A stretch of DNA of 64,000 nt, from positions 6,821-70,820 of the IMG/VR virus record IMGVR_UViG_2061766007_000925; one strand, written 5' to 3'. Below the pieces are notes generated by a model. It did not search any database. It was not told where the DNA came from and saw nothing but the letters and a program-made list of their open reading frames with translations. Below, one piece after another: positions 37,579 through 46,162 of this stretch (positions are counted from its first letter, which is position 1; every line of letters starts with the position of its first letter). Position numbers and translations under genes: made by a program. This DNA comes from a virus (lineage: Duplodnaviria; Caudoviricetes).

Positions 37579-38664
37579 TTACGCATAAACCTGTTTGAAC
37601 CCACTCGCTGTTACGAGGTCGGTCAATGTATAGACGTTGTAGCTCACATCGTCCACAGTAACGTTCGTCTTGGTATAGGAACTCAGATACTCGAAGTTGT
37701 TGGCGTCCTTGATGCTTGTAAGGTTTCCGAACGACGCAGGATAACAGTAACATGACCTCTGATTTGAGAGATTGAAGGTGGTTGTTAAAGCCTTTGTGTT
37801 CTTTACGTTCTTGGTGAGTGCGATAATGCCAGCCTTGTCGGTAGGAGCTGTTGCAACAGCGCCATAGTAAGAAGCCATTACGAAGGTGTACGTTGCGCTC
37901 TTCTCTACTGTTGCCGTAGTATTGTCAGACTTCTTATACTCAAGAATGCCCTTAACAGTTGTCGTGTCAGAGATAGCACTCATATCATACGTATATGTGT
38001 TTGTACCATCAACATACGCCTGGGTGTCGAGAAGCGTTGAGCCACTATAGAACTTGATAGATTGAGGTGTTCCTGTTCCCATGCCTGTAATGGTAAGGGT
38101 GAGTGTGGGTGTTACGGATGTTCCGATTTCCTTTACACCACTTCCACTTGCCGTAAAGGTTGTGGTAGGTGCAATCTCGGAAATGAGCAACTTCTGAACA
38201 AACTCGGTAAAGGTTGTGCCCTCGGCAAGTGTTGTTCCACTTGCGATTGCACCGACTGTCGTGTTGCTTGTCACGTCAGCCTCAAGAGAAGCATCCCCAC
38301 CCTGCACAGTTATCTTACCAGCATCCTGTGTAGTGTCGTCAGTGTAAGTAACGATAAGATGCTCCCGCTCGTCAACAGCAACAGACTTGATGCCCTTACC
38401 TGTGGGGCCAGCCGGACCTTCTGGACCTTGTGCTCCATCAGCACCATCCTGTCCATCTTGTCCATCAACACCATTCATCACATCCATCGTACCCGTGTGC
38501 TCAACGTCAGCATTGTCAACCCACAAGAAAGTGACTCTACTGCCCCCTGTGATTGCTGATATTGATTGAATCTGACAGGGTTTTCCTGCCACAGCTCCCA
38601 CACCTTCTACTGTCGCTTTAGTATAACCCATCGCAACAGCGAGTGTTTCAACGTTTATTGCCAT
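37579..38664 (-). CDS. collagen-repeat fibre protein
   Basis: GVDGQDGQDGADGAQGPEGPAGPTG; Thr-rich beta C-terminus. Confidence 0.8.
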   Translation of the reverse strand: MAINVETLAVAMGYTKATVEGVGAVAGKPCQIQSISAITGGSRVTFLWVDNADVEHTGTMDVMNGVDGQDGQDGADGAQGPEGPAGPTGKGIKSVAVDEREHLIVTYTDDTTQDAGKITVQGGDASLEADVTSNTTVGAIASGTTLAEGTTFTEFVQKLLISEIAPTTTFTASGSGVKEIGTSVTPTLTLTITGMGTGTPQSIKFYSGSTLLDTQAYVDGTNTYTYDMSAISDTTTVKGILEYKKSDNTTATVEKSATYTFVMASYYGAVATAPTDKAGIIALTKNVKNTKALTTTFNLSNQRSCYCYPASFGNLTSIKDANNFEYLSSYTKTNVTVDDVSYNVYTLTDLVTASGFKQVYA

Positions 38665-38677
38665 TCAAGTCACCTCC

Positions 38678-38902
38678 TTATCCTACCCAACTCCACGAGC
38701 CGTTTGATTTCATGAACGCAAGTTCTCCTGAGGCTGTCAGGACAGTACTGCTCGCCGCGATGTGCGCTCCCTCAGGTAATCCTATGATTGTGGGAGACCC
38801 ACTCATTTCACTCTTAGTGTCGGCAAAAAGACTTACTTTGTAGATATCGCCTGCACCTCTGTCATTATTCATTACCTTCTGAAGTTCCTGCACTATTACC
38901 AT
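38678..38902 (-). CDS. small virion-associated hypothetical protein
   Basis: LFADTKSEM; GELAFMKSNGSW. Confidence 0.6.
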   Translation of the reverse strand: MVIVQELQKVMNNDRGAGDIYKVSLFADTKSEMSGSPTIIGLPEGAHIAASSTVLTASGELAFMKSNGSWSWVG

Positions 38903-38933
38903 ATCTTACCTCCTTAAGATTGATTGTGTGGGA

Positions 38934-39542
38934 TTATGACTTGCTGTTGCCCTCATACTTCGCAATGTCCTCTTCCGTCATATCACCTTCTCCGAGTGCG
39001 TCCCTTACTGTCTTGGGTCGCTCACTTACTGAAGGTCTCGCCCAATCGACGACAATCTTTATCTCAGGCTGTTCGTTTCCTGCCAACCTCTGAGGTATGT
39101 CAATCTGTCTCTTGGCGAGCTCGACGGCTGCCTTCGTTCTCTCTGACAAAGGCGCTTCAAGTCCGAATTGGTCTTTTATCTCTCCACGCATGACAGCACT
39201 GAAGTAGTTCATTATCTCCGTGGCTGTCGCTATGCTTGCTTCCTTGGCTTCCTGTAGCCGATGGTTGATTTCCGAAGTTATGTAACTTTTGTTCAGCAGG
39301 TCTTGGGCTTTCTGTGCTGCTGCCGATGGACTTACATTTGGGTATGCCGTTAATACGGCTTGTCTTCCATTACCTGTTACACAATACTCATCTATGAACT
39401 TTGCTTCTTGGGGAGTAAGAGCGTGTCCTTCCCATGTACTGAATGATACTCTCTTTGCTTTTTGAGCACTTCGGGTATTGGTGGTCTTTTTCTTTTCCCC
39501 CGCCGTTTTTGGTGTCCTTGGTGTCTTTGCTTTCTCACTCAT
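38934..39542 (-). CDS. terS: terminase small subunit
   Basis: LTPQEAKFIDEY..TGNGRQA...AQDLLNK; IATATEIMNYFSAVMRGE; ERTKAAVELAK. Confidence 0.9.
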   Translation of the reverse strand: MSEKAKTPRTPKTAGEKKKTTNTRSAQKAKRVSFSTWEGHALTPQEAKFIDEYCVTGNGRQAVLTAYPNVSPSAAAQKAQDLLNKSYITSEINHRLQEAKEASIATATEIMNYFSAVMRGEIKDQFGLEAPLSERTKAAVELAKRQIDIPQRLAGNEQPEIKIVVDWARPSVSERPKTVRDALGEGDMTEEDIAKYEGNSKS

Positions 39543-39859
39543 TGTTCTCTTGCTCTCCTTGTCTTCTTGTTACTGTCCATATCGCTTCCCACGTCCGCCT
39601 ACTATGTAGATTTTCTCAAATTTGTAAAAATCAGCCACCCCCTCCCCCGTTTTCCGACAAGCCGTGCCTGTTTTCAAGGGGGTGGGGGTACTCTTAAAGG
39701 AGAAAGATGGGTAAGTCTTTGTTACCACCCCCACCCCGCCATACCCTACCCCTCTTCCCGTCGAGGGCTAAAGTCTCTCGCCCGTGGGGGTCTGATATTT
39801 GGGGTTCTTTCTGATGGGGGCTTAATGTCTTCTCAAGGTGTGGGGGTCTTGGGTCTCTC

Positions 39860-39997
39860 TTACTTGTTCCTCTTTACCCTCTTTACTAAGTCTCTTCCAG
39901 CCGTCTCGCCCTTCTTGGTTGTCTTGCCTTTAGACATCTCACTTGATTGCATTGTGAAACGCTTAGAGGCATTCTTGTCTAAGTCCTTTGTTGCCAT
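39860..39997 (-). CDS. 45-aa basic protein (not in ORF track)
   Basis: AGGAGG RBS; MATKDLDKNASKRFTMQSSEMSKGKTTKKGETAGRDLVKRVKRNK. Confidence 0.65.
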   Translation of the reverse strand: MATKDLDKNASKRFTMQSSEMSKGKTTKKGETAGRDLVKRVKRNK

Positions 39998-40009
39998 TGG
40001 TGTACCTCC

Positions 40010-40774
40010 TTAGATATAGCACTTGATGACTAATTGCTTGATTTTCTTTCCCGCCGCCTTGGAGTAATTCTCTTCCACACTGAACTCTCCTGTAAGGTTG
40101 TATTTTGAGCCCCTTGCTCCGATAATCTCGTGTTCGGGCTTGTTGTTTGTGACGATTGCCTTTGAGCCCTCTCTCATGACAAAATCGAGCCTTACAGGGG
40201 AACTATCATAGGTGGAGTGCTCAGGGAGATATGTGATTGAAGTATATCCGGGATGAGTGTAATCGGTCTCTTTCAGCCTTGTGATAAAATCCTGTTTCGC
40301 TACGCTGTCGCTCTGTAAGGTGTTCATAAGGGATTGGATATTAGAGTTGTTGATTGTATCCATTCCGAGCATACGCCCTAAAGTAGCTCCGTCGGCGTAT
40401 TTGTATCCCATAACAGCCTGTGAGAGTGGTTTCATGCCGTTGTCCATCTTGGATATATCATTCTGAATATCATACTTGTCATATCCCGCCGAGGTTGTCC
40501 ATGTGCTCTGAGGCGAGCCTACCTTGCCTGTGGCAAGGAAATAATTGATATCAAAGGATTTGGAACAGTTGACGTACATCTTCTCGTTTGAGCCCTTCGG
40601 GAGATTGTACTTTCCAGCTTCGTCTCCTGTCTGTCCCATTGCGCTCTGTAACGCCTTAACCTGTGCGTCCTGTTCGCTGTCGGTCATCTTGGTAAAATCG
40701 AGCCCTGTAATCTTCGGGGTCTCTTCCTTAGGGGGCAATTTAGCTACGCCCTTGGTTGCTCCTGTGCTTCCCAT
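40010..40774 (-). CDS. VIP2-like ADP-ribosyltransferase (variant)
   Basis: MDNGMKPLSQAVMGYKY; GYTSIT; NKPEHEIIGARGSKY (ExE); N-terminus MGSTG. Confidence 0.75.
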   Translation of the reverse strand: MGSTGATKGVAKLPPKEETPKITGLDFTKMTDSEQDAQVKALQSAMGQTGDEAGKYNLPKGSNEKMYVNCSKSFDINYFLATGKVGSPQSTWTTSAGYDKYDIQNDISKMDNGMKPLSQAVMGYKYADGATLGRMLGMDTINNSNIQSLMNTLQSDSVAKQDFITRLKETDYTHPGYTSITYLPEHSTYDSSPVRLDFVMREGSKAIVTNNKPEHEIIGARGSKYNLTGEFSVEENYSKAAGKKIKQLVIKCYI

Positions 40775-40789
40775 GTAATCGCCCTCCTA

Positions 40790-41530
40790 TCATGTGTTCT
40801 TCTTCTTGAACTTTTGGTCTTTCGCCTGACCTACCCACGTAGCTGTTACATGGACATATCCATCCTTACCCTTGTGAACACTATTCGGGTCAAACTTGAA
40901 GACAGAATTGCTATTGTGTAGGTACTCGCCCTCACCATCATTGCCTCCCTTATGAGAGACATATCCTCCGCCACCTTTGTTGGCAGGAGTTGTAATGTCA
41001 ATCCACACGCCATGTTTGTTGGCGTATGTTCCGATGGGAATAGTGGTTGAAGACAAGAAACCATTTACCTGTATCAATCCATCGGAAGTCTCATTCTTCA
41101 GGTAGCTCACAACCTGTTCGGGGGTCATGCTTTGATACTCGGAAGCACCGAAAATCTGAAAATCACACTGTCTTACTGTGTGGATTGCCTTGTGAAGCTC
41201 GAACTTATTCAGTGCCTCATACAGGTTGGCTGCTTTTTGCTTCATAGAAGCTGTCATCTGGTCCCACGGCGTCTTATACAGGTCATTGTTCATGTTGATA
41301 TATCCCGAACCTGTATAATAGTCGATTGCGCTCTCCTGTGCCGGTGTCAGACCTTTCTCCCACTCAGCCATATTTGACATCTTGGGATTATTGAACCACT
41401 TAACAGTGCTACTTACGTTACTTGTGAAGTTTGTTACGCCGTCTACAACCTGCTCTCCTGTGTCAGGTGCTTTGATATACTCAGATTCCTGTATCGGCTT
41501 AGCACTGATTTTCTTTCCTGAGCTTCCCAT
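40790..41530 (-). CDS. VIP2-like ADP-ribosyltransferase (R-S-ExE)
   Basis: AIDYYTGSGYINMN; HTVRQ; GFLSST; GEGEYL; N-terminus MGSSG. Confidence 0.85.
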   Translation of the reverse strand: MGSSGKKISAKPIQESEYIKAPDTGEQVVDGVTNFTSNVSSTVKWFNNPKMSNMAEWEKGLTPAQESAIDYYTGSGYINMNNDLYKTPWDQMTASMKQKAANLYEALNKFELHKAIHTVRQCDFQIFGASEYQSMTPEQVVSYLKNETSDGLIQVNGFLSSTTIPIGTYANKHGVWIDITTPANKGGGGYVSHKGGNDGEGEYLHNSNSVFKFDPNSVHKGKDGYVHVTATWVGQAKDQKFKKKNT

Positions 41531-41619
41531 GGTCTCCTCCTTATTTCTCCTTGGTAGGTTTGTTTACGAGCTCAATCTTGCCCTTAATAGGACACCCGAC
41601 AATCCCACACGTGAGCTTT

Positions 41620-42723
41620 TTATTCTCTTTCGGGGGCTGTCTTTTTACGTTCTTTTTTGGTGTTTTTGACATTACCTTGCTCCTCCTTTTCTCTCATCTT
41701 TTTCTTTATATCTTCCCACATAGGATTATCTGTGGGTAACTCCCATCCGTTTATCTCATACCACATATCTCGGAGATAAAGCAGTATTTGGATTTGCGAG
41801 GTTGACTTAAACAGCTCTACAGCTTGCGTCTTTTGTGTCCCCTCATCATAGACAGCCTGTTTCAACTGATAGATAGTCACGGGTCTGTCCTGTTGCTGTG
41901 AGTAGAACTGAGACGTGGAGTACAATATCTTGTACCCCTTGGCGTTGATTGCACTTTGCAATTTGTGTATGCTAACTGTATTACTTGCCATCTTTGAGTA
42001 TAGCACAGCCTGAGCGCTGTGTAAACCTCCTTTTCTATATGCACTTTAGGCACGGAGATTTCTCCCCGTGCCTGTTCGGACTTATTTAATTGTTTCAGGA
42101 TTTATCTCCTGAATAAGCGCTCATGAGGGGTCGTGCAATGTGCAAATCTATTTACAAGCACGGGCTCTTTGGTCTCCTTATCAAACGTCACCTTCAGAAC
42201 GTTATCGAAGTTTTCCTCAAGCGCTACTATAAGGTTATGTCGGGTCGTACATAAGTTTAACTCAAACCCTTCAAGAATGTCCGTAGTCCTTGCTGCAACC
42301 TTCTCATAAAGTCTGTTAGCTATTGTAAGTTTTCTAAGGGTCAGAAGTGTTTCACTCATTGTCATCTTTGCCATATCTCTCACCCCCTTAAAGACTATAG
42401 GTGAGAGAGGTTGAAGTCTCATCAATAAGCTCAAAGCTCTCACAGAAGTTGGTAGCCATCAGCTCACGGGCTCTTTCCTTACGCTCCTGAGTACCAAAGG
42501 TCATAACCTTAATTCCAACGTACTCTTCAGGATTGCTCGCTGTAATAAGCCTTACAGTGGTCATTCTTGCGTCGTCAAATGCTTTTCTTACGCAAGGAAG
42601 AATGTTTGCGAGCTTGCTCATCTTGGAAAGAATGATTGCCTTTTCTTCAGGGGTAACTGTCTTTGTGCTCTTCATTGTGGTGTCCTCCATGTGGTGTGTA
42701 TTTGTGTTCCTTACAATAAACAT
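41620..42723 (-). CDS. hypothetical proteins (41620-about 41991, 42102-42375, 42388-about 42690)
   Basis: RBS-preceded ORFs downstream of the 42722-42750 promoter. Confidence 0.6.
42048..42073 (-). terminator. hairpin, possible terminator
   Basis: AGGCACGG...CCGTGCCT inverted repeat; weak U-tract. Confidence 0.4.
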
Positions 42724-42750
42724 TATACACTACGTTTATGGAGAATGCAA
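42722..42750 (-). promoter_or_regulatory. sigma-A promoter with operator
   Basis: TTGCAT-17-TATAAT; TAAACGT-N8-ATGTTTA. Confidence 0.75.
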
Positions 42751-42782
42751 GCACTTTTTTGAAAATTTTCAAAAAAATTCAC

Positions 42783-42971
42783 TCAAAACAAAAGGTGCAT
42801 TTTAGGCTTGTCTGTTTGGCTCTTCTCCCAACAGGTTTTACCCATGCCACGCTTTCGGTTTTCAAGGCTCTTCAGCCTCTTCCCACATCGCAAACAATAC
42901 TTGTGGAGTTTTTCTTCTTTGGTCTTCTCATCTTCCATAGTCACGCACTCAATAGAGATATCATAGCGCAC
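42783..42971 (-). CDS. DUF6011-like zinc finger
   Basis: CLRCGKRLKS..NRKRGMGKTC. Confidence 0.7.
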   Translation of the reverse strand: MRYDISIECVTMEDEKTKEEKLHKYCLRCGKRLKSLENRKRGMGKTCWEKSQTDKPKMHLLF

Positions 42972-43927
42972 GGAACAGCGTACTCCTCTTCCACCTCTCC
43001 TGTTTTGATGCCCGTTTCGAGGCGCTTAATGTTCCTGAGCGCTTCCACTAATTCCCCTGTCTGATAGACACCTATCTTGTCTCTGACAAGGTTGATTTCC
43101 CATGTTGTAAGTCCTGTATTCTGAGCGATATCCTTGCTCTGACAAGATTGAACCTGTAACAATCGCCTTACACCCTGATATAGCACCAAAAGCAACCTTA
43201 GCGACGGCTCTCCGAGCTCTTTGCACTCTTCGAGTAGCTTAAAAGCGAGCTTAGGCTTACCTGACAAGATTGCGTCAACCCAGTGAAAGATTGCGTCGGT
43301 CGGTGGCTGATAGATTGTACCATCGTCCATAAGCGTATTAAACGCTTCTCCCGTTGTCGTAAGCTCAATGGAGCTGATTTCATCGGTAAATCCGATTGGT
43401 CTCTCATCATTTTTCGCCTCCACATACTGAGATATCTTATCGAGCTCATTCAGAATGCGCCCATAGTCCTTTTCGCACACCCTGATAAGCTCTTGGCAAT
43501 CCGTAGTAGACAAGGGAACTCTTGCCTTTATATGCTTGGTCAAAACAGGCTCAGATAACGGGTCAAACTGAAGTATCATATCCCGTCCTGAGAAGTAAGA
43601 ATAGAACTTCGAGCGCTTGTCCAACTTGGTCACGATGTAGACCAACGTGTTCTTCTCAAGCAAGCCCTCTATCTTCTCCCATGCTCCTTCGTTCTTTTGG
43701 AACTCAGGGTCATCCCGACAGACAAAGCAAAATGTCTTACCTAAAAGACCTGCTCCCTTGAACTTCAGCGCCTCAGCAACAGTGTCCACACGCTTGATTA
43801 CCTTATCAGCGCTCTCGGCTATCCGATTGATGTAAATGTTCTGTACCTCAATCTCTTCTCCCGAAAACACATATAGCGATTGTGTAGTGCCTTCTCGCAC
43901 TTGCTCTTTGATGGTAGCGTATGTCAT
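42941..43927 (-). CDS. holA: DNA polymerase III delta-like clamp-loader subunit
   Basis: SLYVFSGEEIEV; LDKRSKFY; LIRVCEKDYGRILNELDKI; AIFHWVDAIL. Confidence 0.85.
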   Translation of the reverse strand: MTYATIKEQVREGTTQSLYVFSGEEIEVQNIYINRIAESADKVIKRVDTVAEALKFKGAGLLGKTFCFVCRDDPEFQKNEGAWEKIEGLLEKNTLVYIVTKLDKRSKFYSYFSGRDMILQFDPLSEPVLTKHIKARVPLSTTDCQELIRVCEKDYGRILNELDKISQYVEAKNDERPIGFTDEISSIELTTTGEAFNTLMDDGTIYQPPTDAIFHWVDAILSGKPKLAFKLLEECKELGEPSLRLLLVLYQGVRRLLQVQSCQSKDIAQNTGLTTWEINLVRDKIGVYQTGELVEALRNIKRLETGIKTGEVEEEYAVPCAMISLLSA

Positions 43928-44124
43928 GTGGTCGCCTTTCTCTGAGGGTCAACCACCTTGCCACAACGAGGACAGTAGGCGTAGTCACAAATGTTCACCT
44001 TATTGCCTGTCTCACCGACAACAGCCTGACAAAAGCTCGTCTTCTTGCAATGTGGACAGATAAACTTTTGGTTCTTCGGGCGGTCATCATACCTTATCCA
44101 GTTACTCCTTAAAATGTCACTCAT
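43924..44124 (-). CDS. zinc-ribbon protein
   Basis: CPHC...YCPRCG. Confidence 0.65.
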   Translation of the reverse strand: MSDILRSNWIRYDDRPKNQKFICPHCKKTSFCQAVVGETGNKVNICDYAYCPRCGKVVDPQRKATT

Positions 44125-44147
44125 GCTCTCACCTTCCTTATGCTTAT

Positions 44148-44176
44148 ATTATATACTATTTTTACCGATTTTTCAA
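44148..44176 (-). promoter_or_regulatory. sigma-A promoter overlapping the MTase stop
   Basis: TTGAAA-17-TATAAT. Confidence 0.65.
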
Positions 44177-45129
44177 GTACCTTCGGTATATGCGCCGAAC
44201 TTCTCTTCAATGTTCTTCGGGTTACCCTTAAAGAACACAAGCACGTTTTGGTGATGTCTCCCTACCTTTCGGGATTGCTCGAAATACTTAGGACAACGCA
44301 CCCCAAGGCTCATTATCCTGTTCTCAAGTATCATCTCGTTATAGTACAGGAAACCAGCGTCCTGAAACGCTCTTATCGTGTCGGGGACAAATCCATACAT
44401 AATCCCCTTGTTATCCCGTATCTCCTCTACCACGATTACAGCAAAGGTGTCATCCTTCAATACGTTATAGCTCGCTGATATAATTGCTCTATATCTCTCC
44501 AAGAACTCCTGATACGTTCTCTGATTACTTAAATCCCGTCCGTCCTCTGAGTAAACTTCAAGATTGTAATACGGGGGACAAGCAAGAAACATATCAAAAG
44601 TATCATCAGCCAAAGCCATCGGAATGTAAGTATAGCTATCACCGCACTTCCACACGGGCGTCCCGAACAGCTCATCACCATAAATCTCAGATATCTTTTC
44701 CCAATTTTCGACGTTGGCTTCCACCTGTGTCGGGTTCAGGTCTACACCCAAGTAGTCCCTCCCAAGTATCGCTGAGACAGCTCCTCGAACGTGTCCTCCA
44801 GCAAAAGGGTCAAATATCAGGTCACCCTGTCGGCTAAACCACCTGACAAGTATCTCACATAAGAACGGGTCAAATGTACTGATATTCCCATTGCGCTCTA
44901 AGCCCTTATAGCCAGGGTCATAATCGAACTTGTTGATATACGGCGTATTCGACTTCGCCGTAATGTTCCTGACATTCTCAGCCCTGTTCTTCAGTATATG
45001 CTCCCACTCATTCCTCTTCTTCAGCCACTCACCCACCTGTGAGTCCAAGATGGAAAACGGGGGAACTAAATACCTTTCCCTTAACGATTTAACGGGCAAT
45101 TTTAATCTTTCTTGCGTAAATAAAGGCAT
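44173..45129 (-). CDS. amino-type (N6A/N4C) DNA methyltransferase-like protein
   Basis: IFDPFAGG motif I; GVDL; CPPYY motif IV; HQNVLVFFKG. Confidence 0.85.
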   Translation of the reverse strand: MPLFTQERLKLPVKSLRERYLVPPFSILDSQVGEWLKKRNEWEHILKNRAENVRNITAKSNTPYINKFDYDPGYKGLERNGNISTFDPFLCEILVRWFSRQGDLIFDPFAGGHVRGAVSAILGRDYLGVDLNPTQVEANVENWEKISEIYGDELFGTPVWKCGDSYTYIPMALADDTFDMFLACPPYYNLEVYSEDGRDLSNQRTYQEFLERYRAIISASYNVLKDDTFAVIVVEEIRDNKGIMYGFVPDTIRAFQDAGFLYYNEMILENRIMSLGVRCPKYFEQSRKVGRHHQNVLVFFKGNPKNIEEKFGAYTEGT

Positions 45130-46159
45130 CTTTCAATATCCCCCATGCTTTAGATTGTTCTATCGGATAGAACAGGTAAACACCCCACACGTACTCAATG
45201 CTGTGAGGAAAGTAGCCTGTCTCCTTCCATACTGTATGAATTAGCACCTCTATACAGTGCATATAATACTTCTCATCGTAGTCAAGCATTCCCTTGTCGG
45301 CAAAGTAGATATACTCAACAGCGCACTTCCAACAGCACCCACATCTGTTTGGCAACAGCTTCACCCCATAAGTGCTTTCAATGCGCTCCCTGTGTTTCGC
45401 CTTAAACCTATAGGTCATCACACATGATTGCGCTGTCTCAAGCAACTCTCTCTCACCCTCGAACAGCTCCAATGTGGACGACAAATTCATCAACGGAGTC
45501 TCCACCCTAACACTCGGTATGAACTTCCTGATTACCGACTTATACGCTTGCCACATCTCGATTGCATCGTCACCAGCTGTAGCGAACTCCAAGTCCTCAA
45601 TGGAAGCTGTATAGTAGTTACCCATGCCAAGCCTTGTACCTATCCCGTTTGATATCCCCCATTGAAGCGCCATATTTGCAATGATGATATTCTTCAGTGG
45701 ATGGTCGGGATATAAACTCTTGCCCTGTAACTTCACGTTCTGAACTATCAATGGAAGGTCAAGTGCCTTCGCCACGGCTTTTGCCGACTCAAGCTCCTGA
45801 GGAAAGAACTTATTCAACCCATGCACATGAAACAGATAGACATTAAAGCCTTTCTTCTTGAAGTATAGTGCTGTGGCTGTGCTGTCCTTTCCTCCTGAGA
45901 AACCGATGATTATATTCTTCTTCTTGCACTCGGCGTTGATTATCTCAGCGTCATATTCTCGGCTCGTGTAGGTCAGGTAGCGTTTGCATTCCCCATACTC
46001 GTTGAAGATATCCTCGAACATCTTCATCTCAGGAATGAAGCAATTACCAAAGCGTCTGTCCTCATCATCATTGTTTGATAGCTCCCTGTAAAGAGTCTCG
46101 AACTGAAAGAATATCGGGTGAATGTACGAATACATCCCCTCATGTACTATCGTTTGCAT
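45089..46159 (-). CDS. QueC-like PP-loop ATPase
   Basis: GFSGGKDS PP-loop; HPLKN; SC...CGCCWKC Zn site. Confidence 0.8.
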   Translation of the reverse strand: MQTIVHEGMYSYIHPIFFQFETLYRELSNNDDEDRRFGNCFIPEMKMFEDIFNEYGECKRYLTYTSREYDAEIINAECKKKNIIIGFSGGKDSTATALYFKKKGFNVYLFHVHGLNKFFPQELESAKAVAKALDLPLIVQNVKLQGKSLYPDHPLKNIIIANMALQWGISNGIGTRLGMGNYYTASIEDLEFATAGDDAIEMWQAYKSVIRKFIPSVRVETPLMNLSSTLELFEGERELLETAQSCVMTYRFKAKHRERIESTYGVKLLPNRCGCCWKCAVEYIYFADKGMLDYDEKYYMHCIEVLIHTVWKETGYFPHSIEYVWGVYLFYPIEQSKAWGILKDAFIYARKIKIAR

Positions 46160-46162
46160 ACT

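Noticed and set aside
45089-46159. Canonical 7-deazaguanine (dPreQ0/dG+) DNA pathway
   Set aside because: No FolE, QueD, QueE or DpdA/TGT is recognisable in the window. It cannot be excluded outside the window.
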